Source: Patescibacteria group bacterium (GTDB lineage Bacteria; Patescibacteriota; Microgenomatia; Woykebacterales; 2-01-FULL-43-14). From it: a DNA stretch of 64,000 nucleotides. Position 1 is the stretch's first letter; each line of letters begins with the position of its first letter. The stretch is taken from positions 5,708 to 69,707 of the forward strand of contig JAMCZT010000026.1 in the NCBI GenBank assembly GCA_023485445.1, given 5' to 3'. Made by a program: the position numbers and the translations under genes. The notes under the pieces were generated by a model. That model was not told the DNA's origin. It worked only from the letters and a program-made list of their open reading frames with translations, and did no database searches. Shown in pieces: positions 49,004 to 58,676 of the stretch.

Positions 49004-50383
49004 ATGAAACTAGCTGGAATAAAACACATCCATTTTATGGGTATCGGGGGAAGTGGTACTTCCGTGGTTGCTAATCTGGCTTTAGCCAAAGGATTTAAAG
49101 TTTCCGGTTGCGACCTTAATCTCCATTCCCTGTATACTAAGGAATTAGAAAAAAATGAGGTTTCTATTTCTAGAGGACACAGTCCGAGCCACTTAAGTGG
49201 GGTTGATCTATTAGCCCTTAGCCGGGCGATCGTTAACCTAGATCCAGAAAATCCGGAAATCGTGGAAGCAAGAAGACAAGGGATTCCAGTTGTTCAATGG
49301 CAGGCGGTTTTAAACCTGCTGATGGAAAATTATGTGAGTGTTGGCATTTCGGGGACTCACGGGAAAGGGACCACTACGGCAATACTGGCGGAAATTCTTA
49401 CCGAAGCAGGACTGGATCCAACTTTTGAGGTTGGGGCAAAGATTTCCAAACTAGGAACAAATTTTAAAGTCGGCAAGGGGAAGCATTTTATTTTTGAGGC
49501 AGACGAGTACGCGGGTAATTTCCTTTATTACCACCCAAATGTTTTAGTGGTAACGAACCTTGAATTTGACCATCCAGATTGCTTTAAAAGTATTGAAGAC
49601 ATTATTGACTCTTTTGAAAAATTGATTAGGGGGATGAAAAGTTCCGCAATCCTTATTGCTAATGTTGATAGTGATGGGGTTCGGTCTTTATTAAAAAAGT
49701 TAGAAGGTTGGGAAGGTCGGGTCATTACTTTCGGGTTAGAAAACCAGGCGGATTGGACAGCCTCAGGCGCTCAGGTTGGGGAGAAAACTACGTTTGAGCT
49801 TCCTTCAAAAACAGCGGTAGTTGTTCATTTGCCTGGGAAACACAACATCTATAATGCGTTGGCGGCAATTGTGGCGGCCAGTTTTCTTGGTGTGCCAGAA
49901 GAAAAAATTATAAAGAGTGTCGCCTCTTTTGAGGGCGTCGAGGGAAGGTTTGACGTTCGAGGAGAATTTAGCGGAGTGACAATTATTGATGATTATGCCC
50001 ATCATCCAGAATCAATCAAGGTAACTCTTGCCACAGCACGAGAAGTTTTTCCAAAAAACAGGATTTGGTGTGTTTTCCAACCCCACATGTTTAGCCGGAC
50101 AAGAGCTCTTTTCAACGATTTTGCTTCTGCTTTTTGTAGTGCTCCGATAGACCAGCTGGTGATTACGGATATCTTTGCCGCAAGGGAAAAAGATGAAGGT
50201 TTAGTCCATGCTAAGGAATTGGCGGAATCTATTTCTGGTAAGAGTGTAAAATATATTAAAGATTTAAACCAGGTTAAGAAATACTTGCTAGAAAATATTC
50301 AAAAAGGAGATATCGTGATTATTATGGGGGCGGGAGACATATATCGTGTGTCAGAGGAGTTAATAGAGAGTTTGAAAAACTAG
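49004..50383 (+). CDS. murC: UDP-N-acetylmuramate--L-alanine ligase
   Basis: IHFMGIGGSGTS and GTHGKGTTTA P-loop. Start taken at the ATG at 49004 with an aagggaaaaa RBS. The track uses TTG at 48989. Confidence 0.92.
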   Translation: MKLAGIKHIHFMGIGGSGTSVVANLALAKGFKVSGCDLNLHSLYTKELEKNEVSISRGHSPSHLSGVDLLALSRAIVNLDPENPEIVEARRQGIPVVQWQAVLNLLMENYVSVGISGTHGKGTTTAILAEILTEAGLDPTFEVGAKISKLGTNFKVGKGKHFIFEADEYAGNFLYYHPNVLVVTNLEFDHPDCFKSIEDIIDSFEKLIRGMKSSAILIANVDSDGVRSLLKKLEGWEGRVITFGLENQADWTASGAQVGEKTTFELPSKTAVVVHLPGKHNIYNALAAIVAASFLGVPEEKIIKSVASFEGVEGRFDVRGEFSGVTIIDDYAHHPESIKVTLATAREVFPKNRIWCVFQPHMFSRTRALFNDFASAFCSAPIDQLVITDIFAAREKDEGLVHAKELAESISGKSVKYIKDLNQVKKYLLENIQKGDIVIIMGAGDIYRVSEELIESLKN

Positions 50384-50455
50384 AAATTGTCATTCTAGGT
50401 GCGCCTGAGCAGGAACCAAAGTCTTTAGACAAGACGACTCACTAGATGACGATAG

Positions 50456-51376
50456 TTGGAGTTATACTTAATGAGTCAGATTTATAAACAATTAATTCAA
50501 GAACTTGGTTTTAACCGTGTCAAACTCGACGAGCCGATGAAGGATCATACCAATTGGAAAGTTGGCGGTTCAGCTGATCTTTACTTGGAAACTAAGACGA
50601 GTCAGGAGTTGATCGAGGCAGTCCAGGTGGCCGAACGGTTGAAAATTCCTTACGTTATTTTAGGTCTAGGGGCAAATGTTTTGGTTGGCGATAAAGGGAT
50701 TCGCGGTTTGGTGGTTGTTAATAAAGCGCAAGAGGTGAAATTTCTTTCCTTTGGATTTATTGAAATAGATTCTGGAATGAGCAACGCGGTTTTGATTAAG
50801 CTTACTACAGATCAGCGCTTAAGTGGCTTGGAAAGATTAATTCGGGTCCCTGGCTCATTAGGTGGGGCGATTTTTATGAACGCTGGAGACACCGCCAAGC
50901 AAGCTTTTATCGGCGAGTTGGTTCGGTCAGTAAAGGTGGTTGACAAGAATGGCGTAGTAAGAACACTATCGCCCGAAGATTGTGATTTCGGTTATCGTCA
51001 CAGCCGTTTCCAGACTTCCGGTGAGATAATTGTTTCAGCTAAATTGCAGTTGAAAGAAACGATTAAAAGCGATATTGAAGAAAAAGTGCGTGACATCTTG
51101 GAAAGGAAGAGAAACCAGCCAATGGGAGCCACGGCTGGGTCGACTTTCAAAAATCCGCCAAACAACTTTGCGGGGAAGTTAATTGAAGAAGCAGGTTTGA
51201 AGGGAAAGCAAATCGGTGAGGCGAAAATTTCAGAGCAGCACGCCAACTTTATCGTTAACACTGGCAATGCGACCGCCTCAGATATTAAAGCCTTAATTGA
51301 TTTGGTGAAAGAAAGAGTAAAGGAAAATTCAGGGGTTGACTTGCAAGAAGAAATAAGATATTTAGGGGACTTCTAA
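50456..51376 (+). CDS. murB: UDP-N-acetylenolpyruvoylglucosamine reductase
   Basis: FAD-binding PCMH domain and the MurB C-terminal domain, 306 aa. Confidence 0.88.
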   Translation: MELYLMSQIYKQLIQELGFNRVKLDEPMKDHTNWKVGGSADLYLETKTSQELIEAVQVAERLKIPYVILGLGANVLVGDKGIRGLVVVNKAQEVKFLSFGFIEIDSGMSNAVLIKLTTDQRLSGLERLIRVPGSLGGAIFMNAGDTAKQAFIGELVRSVKVVDKNGVVRTLSPEDCDFGYRHSRFQTSGEIIVSAKLQLKETIKSDIEEKVRDILERKRNQPMGATAGSTFKNPPNNFAGKLIEEAGLKGKQIGEAKISEQHANFIVNTGNATASDIKALIDLVKERVKENSGVDLQEEIRYLGDF

Positions 51377-51390
51377 ATTTTGAGTTTTTT

Positions 51391-52731
51391 ATGTCAAAGT
51401 TTACTATCGAAGGCGGGACGCCTTTAAAAGGAAAAGTAAAAGTCGGTGGAGCAAAGAATTCTGGTTTCAAGTTGATGATTGCCGCGTTGCTTTCTGATGA
51501 ACCAACTACTTTGCATAACATTTCTGACATCCGCGACGTGGCTGTTATGCGGGAAATTATTGAAAATTTGGGTGGTAAAGTCTTGGTAAATGGCGACCAT
51601 GCGTTAAGGGTGGAGCCGAAAAGAATAACGAAGTTTGAAGTTCCAACCGAATTAGCTAATAAGTCTCGAGCTTCTTCAATGCTCATGGGTCCATTACTTG
51701 CGCGATTTGGTAAGGCTATTTTACCTCTTCCTGGAGGAGATAAAATTGGTGCTCGCCCCTTAGATCGTCACTTGACTGGTATCGAACAAATGGGGGCTTC
51801 TTTTGACCAAGTAAGAAATGTTCTAACGGTGAAAGCTTCATCGGGCCTGGCCGGAAGCAGTTATTCTTTCGTTAAAAATACACACACCGGAACGGATACT
51901 TTGATTTTGGCGGCAGTTTTGGCAGAAGGCATGACAGTTTTAAAAAATGCTGCAGCAGAACCCGAGGTTGAGGACTTGATTAACTTACTTAATTTGATGG
52001 GGGCAAAAATTAAAAGAACCGCTCCCAGGACTATTGAAATCCAGGGAGTAAACAGACTGCATGGGATTGACTACACGGTTATGCCGGATCGAAATGAGGC
52101 AGGAACTTTTGCTTGTATGGCTTTAGCGACCAAAGGGGATATTGTTATTGAAAACGTTCGCTCTTACGATCTGACTGCTTTTTTGAAAAAATTAGATGAA
52201 ATCGGGGCGAAATATGAAATTATCGACACAGATTCTTTCGTTAATGAAAATTTACGTGTTTATTACGGAGGGTCTTTGAAAGCAGCCAATGTAGTGACCA
52301 ACCCGCATCCTGGTTTTATGACGGATTGGCAAGCCGTTTGGACAACATTGATGACCCAGGCGGAAGGGGAAAGCATTATTCACGAAACTATTTTTGAGAA
52401 CCGATTCAACTACATTCCGTTTCTAGTGGAAATGGGAGCAAAAATTGAACTTTTTAATCCCAAAGTAGATGAGCCAGAAGGATTTTACAACTTTAACTGG
52501 GAAGATAATAAGCCGGAGTATTTTCATGCCGCGAAAGTAATTGGCTCGTCGGTTCTTTCCGCGATCAAATCTACTGTTCCCGATATCCGGGCGGGGGCAA
52601 CGTTAACGATTGCCGCTTTATCTGCGGAGGGGACTTCGACGATTGACGGTATTGAACATATTGAGCGTGGTTATGAAGATTTTGAGAAGAGATTAGCTAG
52701 TCTCGGAGCAAAAATCAGAAAGGTTGACTAA
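51391..52731 (+). CDS. murA: UDP-N-acetylglucosamine 1-carboxyvinyltransferase
   Basis: FTIEGGTPLKGKVKVGGAKNSGFKLMIAALL is the canonical MurA N-terminus. Confidence 0.93.
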   Translation: MSKFTIEGGTPLKGKVKVGGAKNSGFKLMIAALLSDEPTTLHNISDIRDVAVMREIIENLGGKVLVNGDHALRVEPKRITKFEVPTELANKSRASSMLMGPLLARFGKAILPLPGGDKIGARPLDRHLTGIEQMGASFDQVRNVLTVKASSGLAGSSYSFVKNTHTGTDTLILAAVLAEGMTVLKNAAAEPEVEDLINLLNLMGAKIKRTAPRTIEIQGVNRLHGIDYTVMPDRNEAGTFACMALATKGDIVIENVRSYDLTAFLKKLDEIGAKYEIIDTDSFVNENLRVYYGGSLKAANVVTNPHPGFMTDWQAVWTTLMTQAEGESIIHETIFENRFNYIPFLVEMGAKIELFNPKVDEPEGFYNFNWEDNKPEYFHAAKVIGSSVLSAIKSTVPDIRAGATLTIAALSAEGTSTIDGIEHIERGYEDFEKRLASLGAKIRKVD

Positions 52732-53810
52732 TGGAAAAATTAAAAATAGCTTTAATATTTGGCGGCCGAAGCGGAGAACACGAAGTTTCGATCATGTCGG
52801 CGTCGTCATTAGAAAAAGCAATTGATAGAGAAAAATACACTGTTCTGCCGATTTACATTCAAAAATCAGGTAAATGGATGAAAGGAGAAACGATCGAAGA
52901 ACTGTTGGCGGGAAAAGGCCTTCCGGTTTTGATTTCTCCAAACCAGAAAGAGGACACGAAACTTACTGATTTTTTTCTGTTTTCTCGAAGTAACGTCGAC
53001 GCTGTCTTTCCGCTATTACATGGACCGTATGGTGAGGATGGGACAATTCAAGGGCTTTTGGAAATGATCGCTCTACCCTACGTCGGGGCGGATGTTTTAG
53101 GTTCTGCTCTTGGGATGGATAAAGCGGTGATGAAAGGTTCTTTCGCGGACGCTGGATTAAAGACTGTCCCGAACTTAGCTTTTTTAAGAAAGGGTTGGGA
53201 AAAAGACCCCTTAAGTATAGTACTGGAAATAGAAAAGAAACTGAAGTTTCCTGTTTTTGTAAAACCTGCAAACCTCGGCTCATCTGTTGGTGTAACTAAA
53301 GTTCACGCAAACGATGAACTAAAAGAAGCAATAAATCTAGCCTGTAGATACGATCGGAAATTTTTGGTTGAGCAGGGAATTAATTGCCGGGAGATTAAAG
53401 TCTCAGTTCTCGGGAATGATCGTCCCAGAGCGTCAGTTTGTGGAGAAGTGATTCTTTTACGAGAGTTTTACGATTACGAAGCTAAGTACAAGCCCGGAGG
53501 TTCGAAATTAGTCATTCCAGCTGATTTACCAGAAGATATCTCAAATAAAATCAGGAGTATGGCTCTTATGGCTTATAAGGCAATTGACTGCGGCGGGATG
53601 GGGCGGGTTGACTTTCTTTTAGAGAAGGAAACAAACGAGATATATATTAATGAGATAAATACCATTCCTGGTTTTACTGAGATGAGCATGTATCCCAAAT
53701 TATGGCAAGTAGAGGGTATGTCCTATAAAGAACTGATTGATAAATTAATTGAGCTGGCTCTGGAGCGGTACCGGGACAAAGACAAGAATTTGGTTTCCTA
53801 TGAGACCTAG
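52731..53810 (+). CDS. ddl: D-alanine--D-alanine ligase
   Basis: IALIFGGRSGEHEVS, an ATP-grasp fold and FPVFVKPANLGSSVG. Confidence 0.92.
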   Translation: MEKLKIALIFGGRSGEHEVSIMSASSLEKAIDREKYTVLPIYIQKSGKWMKGETIEELLAGKGLPVLISPNQKEDTKLTDFFLFSRSNVDAVFPLLHGPYGEDGTIQGLLEMIALPYVGADVLGSALGMDKAVMKGSFADAGLKTVPNLAFLRKGWEKDPLSIVLEIEKKLKFPVFVKPANLGSSVGVTKVHANDELKEAINLACRYDRKFLVEQGINCREIKVSVLGNDRPRASVCGEVILLREFYDYEAKYKPGGSKLVIPADLPEDISNKIRSMALMAYKAIDCGGMGRVDFLLEKETNEIYINEINTIPGFTEMSMYPKLWQVEGMSYKELIDKLIELALERYRDKDKNLVSYET

Positions 53811-53830
53811 TTTATATTATTTATGATCTG

Positions 53831-55123
53831 TTGAGTATTTCGCTTCGGACGAGATATAATAACAGTAGGATGGCCAAGCAATCATTTTTACATTCCATAA
53901 AACAACCTCTTCATAAAGCTCGGCGGGTACTGGCGAAGATTTGGTGGGAAATGCACCCGGGTACTACTATCATTGGGGTGACCGGAAGTTACGGCAAAAC
54001 CAGCACGACTACCGCAATCTCGGCCGTGCTCGAAGAGAAATTTAAAATTCTCCAAACCGACCTCAACTTAGACACCAATTACAATCTTCCAATCACCTTA
54101 TTAAAACTATCCGATCAGGAAAAGTTAGTTTTAGAAATGGGGGTGGACAAGCCGGGGGAAATGGATTACCACCTTTCTTTGGTCAAACCAAGTATCGGGG
54201 TGGTGACCGGCATTACTCCGGTTCACGCCGACCCCGAACATTTAGGTTCGCTTGAAAACATCATCACAGAAAAAGGGAAACTTTTAGCTTCCTTGCCGGA
54301 AAGCGGTTGGGCAATTGTTAATTACGACGATGAAAACGCGAGGGAAATGGCAAAATTAACAAAGGCGCAAGTGGTTTTTTACGGCCTAGATAAAGAAAAA
54401 TGCCAAGTCTGGGCGGATAAAATCAAAGTTGACTTTGAAGGAACAAGTTTTGCCCTTCACTATGGTACGGAATCGATAGAAGTCCATATTCCTTTGATCG
54501 GAAGGCATTTTGTCCAAAACGCCTTAGCGGCAGCGGCTGTGGGAATAACTCAGGACCTAAACCTCGGTGTGATCGCTCGGGGTTTGGGAAAATTGGCACC
54601 TTTGGAAGGGAGGATGAGCGTTGAGGAAGGGCCTCTCGGAGCTATACTCTTGAATGACTCCAGGCGGGCTAATTTGGCTTCGACTTTAGCGGGACTAGAA
54701 ACGGTTGCCGATTTGGCAGCCAATAGAAAAGTGGTGGTTTTAGGGGAAATGGGTGAAATTGGAAAAGATGCGGAAAAGGCGCACCGCTTAGTCGGGAAAA
54801 AAGTGGCGCAGGTTCGGCCAGATTATTTAGTTGCGGTTGGTCCAATGCCAAAGTTTATTGCTGAGGAAGCCGGAAAAGACATGGCAAAAGACCGAGTTTT
54901 TTGGGTTAACAACGTGGCGGAAGCGGCCGATGTTTTAAAAAAGATCTTGAAAGAAGGAGACTTATTTTACTTGAAGGGGTCACTCCTTCGTCATATGGAA
55001 AGAATTCTTATTCTTTTAAATGAAGAAGACATCGAATGCCGTCTTGTCGTTTGTCATCGCTATCAGCTTTGCCCTGATTGCCCTGCCCTCAAAGATGACT
55101 CCAAAAGCAAACTTTTCTCCTGA
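53831..55123 (+). CDS. murF: UDP-N-acetylmuramoyl-tripeptide--D-alanyl-D-alanine ligase
   Basis: GVTGSYGKTSTT P-loop and Mur-ligase domains. The start may instead be the internal ATG at 53870. Confidence 0.85.
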   Translation: MSISLRTRYNNSRMAKQSFLHSIKQPLHKARRVLAKIWWEMHPGTTIIGVTGSYGKTSTTTAISAVLEEKFKILQTDLNLDTNYNLPITLLKLSDQEKLVLEMGVDKPGEMDYHLSLVKPSIGVVTGITPVHADPEHLGSLENIITEKGKLLASLPESGWAIVNYDDENAREMAKLTKAQVVFYGLDKEKCQVWADKIKVDFEGTSFALHYGTESIEVHIPLIGRHFVQNALAAAAVGITQDLNLGVIARGLGKLAPLEGRMSVEEGPLGAILLNDSRRANLASTLAGLETVADLAANRKVVVLGEMGEIGKDAEKAHRLVGKKVAQVRPDYLVAVGPMPKFIAEEAGKDMAKDRVFWVNNVAEAADVLKKILKEGDLFYLKGSLLRHMERILILLNEEDIECRLVVCHRYQLCPDCPALKDDSKSKLFS

Positions 55124-55152
55124 TTTTTGCTCTTTTTGTTATAATTACCTTA

Positions 55153-55437
55153 TTGGAAGGAGAGATTGGCAGATATTTTGTCAAAGGAGAGAATACTCGG
55201 TTGATAATCGTTGACAACACGAAAGTTCAGCTAACCCGCTCGTATGTTTGCACTTGGATGCGTATTCTTCAAACGAGTGGAAAGTCAATTGATCAACAAT
55301 ACAAAGAAGTAGAGGATTTCAAGTCTAAGCACTTAAAGGATTTGGGGGAGGATGTCCTTGAATTATTAAATCAGCAACTGGCTTCTTTATGGAAATTAAA
55401 GACAGCGGAAGCAGTTCGAATTCGAATAACCCGCTAA
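55153..55437 (+). CDS. Small hypothetical protein (94 aa), with its stop codon inside a terminator stem
   Basis: The ORF has no recognisable motif. An intrinsic terminator follows. Confidence 0.3.
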   Translation: MEGEIGRYFVKGENTRLIIVDNTKVQLTRSYVCTWMRILQTSGKSIDQQYKEVEDFKSKHLKDLGEDVLELLNQQLASLWKLKTAEAVRIRITR

Positions 55438-55458
55438 CCACTTAGCGGGTTTATTTTT
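55429..55458 (+). terminator. Rho-independent terminator ending the division/cell-wall operon (9-bp stem acccgctaa/ttagcgggt, loop ccac, then tttattttt)
   Basis: Read directly from the sequence. Confidence 0.8.
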
Positions 55459-55834
55459 CTGAAGCCTACATTAAAAGAGAAAGAGGCATCAGAGCTTAAA
55501 GAACAAGCATTCTGACACCTCTTTAGGCGACTAAAAACCACGCAGGAAGAATCAAACCTTTCGTTGCCGAAAACTCCCTCCTATTAAACCTATTGCCGAG
55601 AGAAGACGCATCTAAAGCGAGACTCTCGGTATTTGGCCCGGGCCCAAGACCTCTCCCCTTCAGACACTAACATGATTAGTATCTGGATTGACCCCAAATC
55701 AACTACAAGCTGATTTGGCATCAATTATGCAACGCTGAGTTTGTGGTACGTGGCCAATCGCTTCTTTTATTATGAAACAACCAAGGGATGAAGTCAAGGT
55801 TGCGAAAGGTATTTTTTTCTAGTAAAGTTAAAGC

Positions 55835-56401
55835 ATGAATAAAGAAAAAATTGTCAGCTTCTTCTTTGAAATGGCTTCTTTAAGGCGATTGACTCGTTCG
55901 CATCGTCAGATGATCGCGGCGGTTAACGATAACATTTCAGACCACAGTTTTCGCGTGGGGATTATCGCCATGATTTTAGCTGGGCTAGAAAAGTGTGACC
56001 AGAATAAAGCCCTGAAAATGGGCCTTTTTCATGATTTGGTGGAAGCCAGAACCGGTGATGCAAATACTATTAATAAACAATACGTAAAGCTAGACGAAGA
56101 AGGGGCAAGGGAGGATCAGTTATCCGGCTTGCCGATTGGCGAAGAAATACTAGAGCTTTTGCGTGAATATGAAGAAAGAAAGAGCGCCGAATCAATTGTC
56201 GCTAAAGATGCCGATAGTCTTGACCAGATGGTTTTGGAACAAGAGTACTTTTTTGAAGACCCCATTAACCGAAAAAAGTGGCAGGACTTTATGGAGAAAA
56301 AGTTAAAAACAGAATCAGCAAAAAAACTTTCCATAGAAATCAGAAATTCTAATCCTTTCAATTGGCTGTATCAAATTATGGATGAAAAAATTGGTCACTA
56401 G
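55835..56401 (+). CDS. HD-domain phosphohydrolase (YfbR-like 5'-deoxynucleotidase family)
   Basis: H...HD...D pattern: SDHSFRV, LFHDLVEARTGD and DADSLDQ. Confidence 0.72.
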   Translation: MNKEKIVSFFFEMASLRRLTRSHRQMIAAVNDNISDHSFRVGIIAMILAGLEKCDQNKALKMGLFHDLVEARTGDANTINKQYVKLDEEGAREDQLSGLPIGEEILELLREYEERKSAESIVAKDADSLDQMVLEQEYFFEDPINRKKWQDFMEKKLKTESAKKLSIEIRNSNPFNWLYQIMDEKIGH

Positions 56402-56440
56402 AAATAATCTTTCCTGTCCGCCAGAAATATTTTTAAATAT

Positions 56441-57034
56441 ATGAAGTATCTTTCCAGTATTGTTTTGGGAAAATATCAATTCTTTAACCGCCCCCTTCGG
56501 ATTCTTCTTCTTTCTAATGCCACAATTTTAGTGGCTGGGGCGATGCTCGGTCCGATTTCCGCTCTTTTCATAGAAAAAATTGGTGGGGATTTATTGGATG
56601 CTAGCTTTGCGGGCGGAATATTTGCTTTGGCGGCGGGGGTTACAGTTTTGTTGGCGGGGACTTACACGGATAAGATAAAGGAAAAAGAGTTAGTTGTCGT
56701 TTTCGGTTATTTAACCGTTGGGATTGGCTTCCTACTTTATACGTTGGTTAACTCAGTTTGGTTCTTGCTGACGGTTCAAGTGTTGGTTGGGTTTGGTGAG
56801 GCCATCTATGCCCCCGCTTTTGATGCCACTTATTCAAAACATCTTGATAAAGGTAAAACCGGTAAAGAATGGGGAGCCTGGGAGTCAGCCAATTATTTTT
56901 CAGTTGCTATCGGGGCATTAGGAGGTGGATTTATTGTAACAAACCTTGGTTTCACTGCTTTATTTCTAATTATGTCCTTTCTCTGTTTTGCCAGCGCAAC
57001 TTATATTTATCATTTGCCCAGGAAAATTCTTTAA
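56441..57034 (+). CDS. Six-TM membrane protein resembling half of an MFS transporter
   Basis: 197 aa, about 6 TM helices, MFS-like loop GTYTDKIKEKE. Confidence 0.4.
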   Translation: MKYLSSIVLGKYQFFNRPLRILLLSNATILVAGAMLGPISALFIEKIGGDLLDASFAGGIFALAAGVTVLLAGTYTDKIKEKELVVVFGYLTVGIGFLLYTLVNSVWFLLTVQVLVGFGEAIYAPAFDATYSKHLDKGKTGKEWGAWESANYFSVAIGALGGGFIVTNLGFTALFLIMSFLCFASATYIYHLPRKIL

Positions 57035-57170
57035 AGAGGTATTAAAGACGCTCGATTGGAAATCGTTAATGAAAATCATGATTGGTGTATATTAAGCCCT
57101 AAAGAATGTTTCAACTCAAAAAAATTTTGGTTTGCAGGAAATAGATTGTTAGTAATAGACTTAAAATAAT

Positions 57171-57584
57171 ATGAGCATGGTTTTCGCCGCCGTAAAGGCC
57201 ATAATTTTAGATAAAGATAAATTTCTTGTTATCAAGCAAACAGTTGGCGAACTTGTTTTCTGGGATCTTCCTGGAGGACGAGTGGATTATGGGGAGTCCC
57301 CGTATGAGACGTTGCTTCGAGAGGTGGAAGAAGAAGCTGGCTTGAACGTGGCAGTCGTTAAACCAGTTGGTTTTTGGTGGTTTTTCCGAAAAATAGACGA
57401 GAACCAAGTTGTTTGTACGACTTTTATTTGTAAACCTAGGCACGATAAGGTCGACATAACTAAGAATCCCATTCCCGAAGAAAATATTACCGAATTTCGT
57501 TGGGTAACCAAAGAAGAATTTCTTAGCGATCAGTATAAAGTTAGCCACGAAAGCCTAAAAAAACTGATTTCTGAGAAACTTTAA
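57171..57584 (+). CDS. NUDIX hydrolase
   Basis: Nudix box GGRVDYGESPYETLLREVEEEAGL. Confidence 0.85.
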   Translation: MSMVFAAVKAIILDKDKFLVIKQTVGELVFWDLPGGRVDYGESPYETLLREVEEEAGLNVAVVKPVGFWWFFRKIDENQVVCTTFICKPRHDKVDITKNPIPEENITEFRWVTKEEFLSDQYKVSHESLKKLISEKL

Positions 57585-57592
57585 ATGAATAT

Positions 57593-58159
57593 ATGACTAA
57601 CGTAATTATTGTTCACGGTGCCTATGGGTACCCGGAAGAAAATTGGTTTCCTTGGTTGAAAGCCTCATTAGAGAAATCTGGTTGCCGTGTTTTCGTTCCG
57701 GCTTTTCCGACACCGGAAAACCAAACTTTGGAAAACTGGCTAAAAGTTTTTGAAGACTGCCTTCCTTTTTTGGATGAAGAGGCAATTGTTGTTGGGCACA
57801 ACTTGGGAGTGCCGTTTTTGTTGAATGTCATTGAAAAAAACGACAGGATTATCAAGGCGGCTTTTTTTGTCGCTGGGTTTTCTAGTTTACCACACAACCA
57901 GTTTGACGAAATACTTAAAACCTTTGTTGAAAAGGATTTTAACTGGCCTAAAATTAAACAAAATTGTCAGAAATTTTATGTTTTTCACTCAGATAATGAT
58001 CCATATGTTCGGTTAGAAAGAGCTCAAGAATTAGCCGGTAATTTAGGCGTTGACTTAACAATAGTCAAAGGGGCGGGACATTTTAACGAGAAAGCCGGTT
58101 ACACAGAGTTTGGCCTGCTTTTTGAAGAGATAAAATCAGTTTCTAGTATAGTTGATTAA
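57593..58159 (+). CDS. Alpha/beta-fold serine hydrolase of the YdeN/RBBP9 family
   Basis: NVIIVHGAYGYPEENWFPWL N-terminus, GHNLG nucleophile-elbow variant, 188 aa. Confidence 0.68.
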   Translation: MTNVIIVHGAYGYPEENWFPWLKASLEKSGCRVFVPAFPTPENQTLENWLKVFEDCLPFLDEEAIVVGHNLGVPFLLNVIEKNDRIIKAAFFVAGFSSLPHNQFDEILKTFVEKDFNWPKIKQNCQKFYVFHSDNDPYVRLERAQELAGNLGVDLTIVKGAGHFNEKAGYTEFGLLFEEIKSVSSIVD

Positions 58160-58194
58160 AAAGATCAGTAATACAAAAAGAAAGGAGATCAAAG

Positions 58195-58515
58195 ATGATG
58201 GTACTAGTGGAGGTCCAGTTACCGAGATTGCCCATCCCAAGCGGGGCGTTGAAACTCCTAAGCGGATTAACGATCGAGGCAGAAGAGTTATCTGGTGAAA
58301 GGCGAGATGATTTTGTCAGCTTGGGTCTAAAATCCAGCTTGGGGTATGCCATTTCTCTTGAAGCGGTGGTTGCGGCTTTGAGATCAATGGGAAAAGATGA
58401 AGCTTGTCCTCTGGAATTTAACTATTTCCGAAATCTGCTTCGAGAGGACCAGAAAAAACCGGTTTGGCGGAAAAGAAGGATCGTTCTTGCCCGTTCTGAA
58501 GTTAAGTACGTATAA
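58195..58515 (+). CDS. Hypothetical protein (106 aa)
   Basis: Strong SD (aaaggagatcaaag) before ATG ATG. An intrinsic terminator follows. Confidence 0.5.
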   Translation: MMVLVEVQLPRLPIPSGALKLLSGLTIEAEELSGERRDDFVSLGLKSSLGYAISLEAVVAALRSMGKDEACPLEFNYFRNLLREDQKKPVWRKRRIVLARSEVKYV

Positions 58516-58523
58516 ACAGGTAT

Positions 58524-58560
58524 GAGGGGACTTAGATGTAGGAGGTCCCCTCCTTTTTTA
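58524..58560 (+). terminator. Rho-independent terminator (8-bp stem gaggggac/gtcccctc, then cttttttaa)
   Basis: Read directly from the sequence. Confidence 0.75.
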
Positions 58561-58676
58561 AGTATTGTTATTCTTTAAAGTCCGTGTTAAGATAAACCAA
58601 GTTAACGATTGATTGCTGTCTTGGTCTTTTACCTTCTAAATAAGGGTCTTTGAAATCGAAGGGAGGTGAAGAAAAA

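Noticed and set aside
55440-55834. tmRNA, RNase P RNA or SRP RNA identity for the 400-bp noncoding region
   Set aside because: I could not find the tRNA-like T-arm (GGTTCGA..CCA), the RNase P GUCCGGGC/AGGAAAG motifs, the SRP GGAAGCAGCC motif or a tag-peptide reading frame. It is reported only as a generic candidate ncRNA.
57207-57897. Minus-strand ORFs 57207-57548, 57287-57511 and 57622-57897
   Set aside because: They are antisense to the NUDIX and alpha/beta hydrolase genes, both of which have clear catalytic motifs.
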